Source of the DNA: Desulfobulbus propionicus DSM 2032
Lineage (GTDB): Bacteria > Desulfobacterota > Desulfobulbia > Desulfobulbales > Desulfobulbaceae
Assembly (NCBI RefSeq): GCF_000186885.1
Contig: NC_014972.1
Span: forward strand, 120,001-152,000
Direction of reading: 5' to 3'
Length of the DNA: 32,000 bases
Part shown: piece by piece, positions 31,274-32,000 of the stretch
How positions within the stretch are numbered: position 1 is the first letter of the stretch
Layout of the letters: the number at the start of each line of letters is the position of its first letter
The notes under the pieces: generated by a model
Told to the model about the DNA's origin: nothing
The model's database searches: none
Seen by the model: only the letters and a program-made list of their open reading frames with translations
Position numbers and translations under genes: made by a program

Positions 31274-32000
31274 TCACAGGGCGTTACGGGTAGCAGATTT
31301 TCCACTTAACGGCTTGTCCAATTTTCCGCAGCCACCTCTCAGGCGCAGCGCATTCATAATGACGCTGACCGAGGATAGAGACATGGCCGCCGCGGCAAAA
31401 ATCGGGCTCAGGAGTATTCCGAAAAACGGGTACAAAAGACCTGCCGCGACAGGAACACCGACCGAGTTGTACACGAAGGCGAAAAACAGGTTCTGCCGGA
31501 TATTGCGCATCGTTGCGAGAGAAAGCTGCCGCGCTTCCACAAGACCCATTAGGTCCCCTCGCAACAGCGTGATACCGGCACTTTCGATGGCGACATCGGT
31601 CCCCGTACCCATGGCCACGCCCACATCCGCCGTGGCCAGAGCCGGAGCATCGTTGACCCCGTCACCGGCCATGACCACCACGCGCCCCTCGTCCTTCAGG
31701 CGCTGAACAACCTTTCCTTTGTCTTCGGGCAAGACTTCCGCTTCAACGGCATCAATAGGCAGTTTGCGGGCAACCGCTTCCGCCGAAGTGCGGTTGTCGC
31801 CGGTGAGCATGACCACCCGGATGCCCTCTTTTTGCAGGGCGGCAAGGGCCGCTTCCGTGGTTGCCTTGACCGGATCGGCAATGGCAAGCAGGCCGCAGAC
31901 CTTGCCGTTCACTGCGGCAAAGATCACCGTGGCCCCGTCCCTTCGCAGTTCGTCGGCCGCATCCGCAAAGTCTGCCGTCTCGACTCCTTCCGCTTCCATC
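31274..32000 (-). CDS. heavy-metal-translocating P1B-type ATPase, C-terminal part (partial, continues beyond the window)
   Basis: [41 protein letters not shown], and the last two TM helices ([42 protein letters not shown]). Metal specificity cannot be read from this part. Confidence 0.9.
   Translation of the reverse strand, partial: MEAEGVETADFADAADELRRDGATVIFAAVNGKVCGLLAIADPVKATTEAALAALQKEGIRVVMLTGDNRTSAEAVARKLPIDAVEAEVLPEDKGKVVQRLKDEGRVVVMAGDGVNDAPALATADVGVAMGTGTDVAIESAGITLLRGDLMGLVEARQLSLATMRNIRQNLFFAFVYNSVGVPVAAGLLYPFFGILLSPIFAAAAMSLSSVSVIMNALRLRGGCGKLDKPLSGKSATRNAL

Noticed and set aside
1-32000. CRISPR arrays, rRNA genes, retron or other reverse-transcriptase-associated RNAs
   Set aside because: No regularly spaced direct repeats of 25-40 bp, no rRNA-like sequence and no RT-like ORF were seen anywhere in the window.

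Overview
GC-rich bacterial chromosome segment. Single 60-nt lines counted by hand give 43/60 G+C at 13021-13080. I cannot name the organism; the gene style looks like a deltaproteobacterium of the Geobacter/Desulfuromonas type, which is only a guess. The window has three parts. (1) 1-20.0 kb is a very dense signal-transduction neighbourhood. It holds a REC-GGDEF cyclase, a three-gene operon that looks like a degenerate two-component module, and two pairs of periplasmic binding protein plus sensor kinase. It also holds a sigma54-dependent NtrC-family regulator, two small REC proteins, and a four-gene minus-strand operon (PhnD-like binding protein, HAMP-PAS kinase, REC-PAS kinase, PAS-GGDEF-EAL-REC) whose three junctions are all ATGA overlaps. 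(2) 20.3-25.7 kb is a co-directional, uniformly formatted module: Rad52/Sak-like annealase, Cas4-like 4-Cys exonuclease, SSB, two unknown ORFs, RadC-like JAB protein and ArdC anti-restriction protein. Each gene has a strong Shine-Dalgarno sequence and every spacer holds a GC-rich hairpin. It resembles the recombination/anti-restriction (leading-region-like) part of a conjugative or integrative element, but no integrase, relaxase or T4SS gene lies in the window. (3) 25.7-31.1 kb shows a sharp drop in GC (14/60 and 27/60 G+C in two hand-counted lines). All its genes are on the minus strand: a SIR2-HerA pair (ATGA overlap), a Shedu-like DUF4263 nuclease gene with an unassigned N-terminal half, and a decayed or unassigned stretch. 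This island lies between a strong bidirectional terminator and a truncated IS3-family orfA, which abuts the 3' end of a heavy-metal P-type ATPase gene running off the window. I saw no rRNA, tRNA or CRISPR array. All domain calls come from motifs read by eye in the supplied translations. Hairpin and promoter coordinates were indexed by hand and need computational confirmation.
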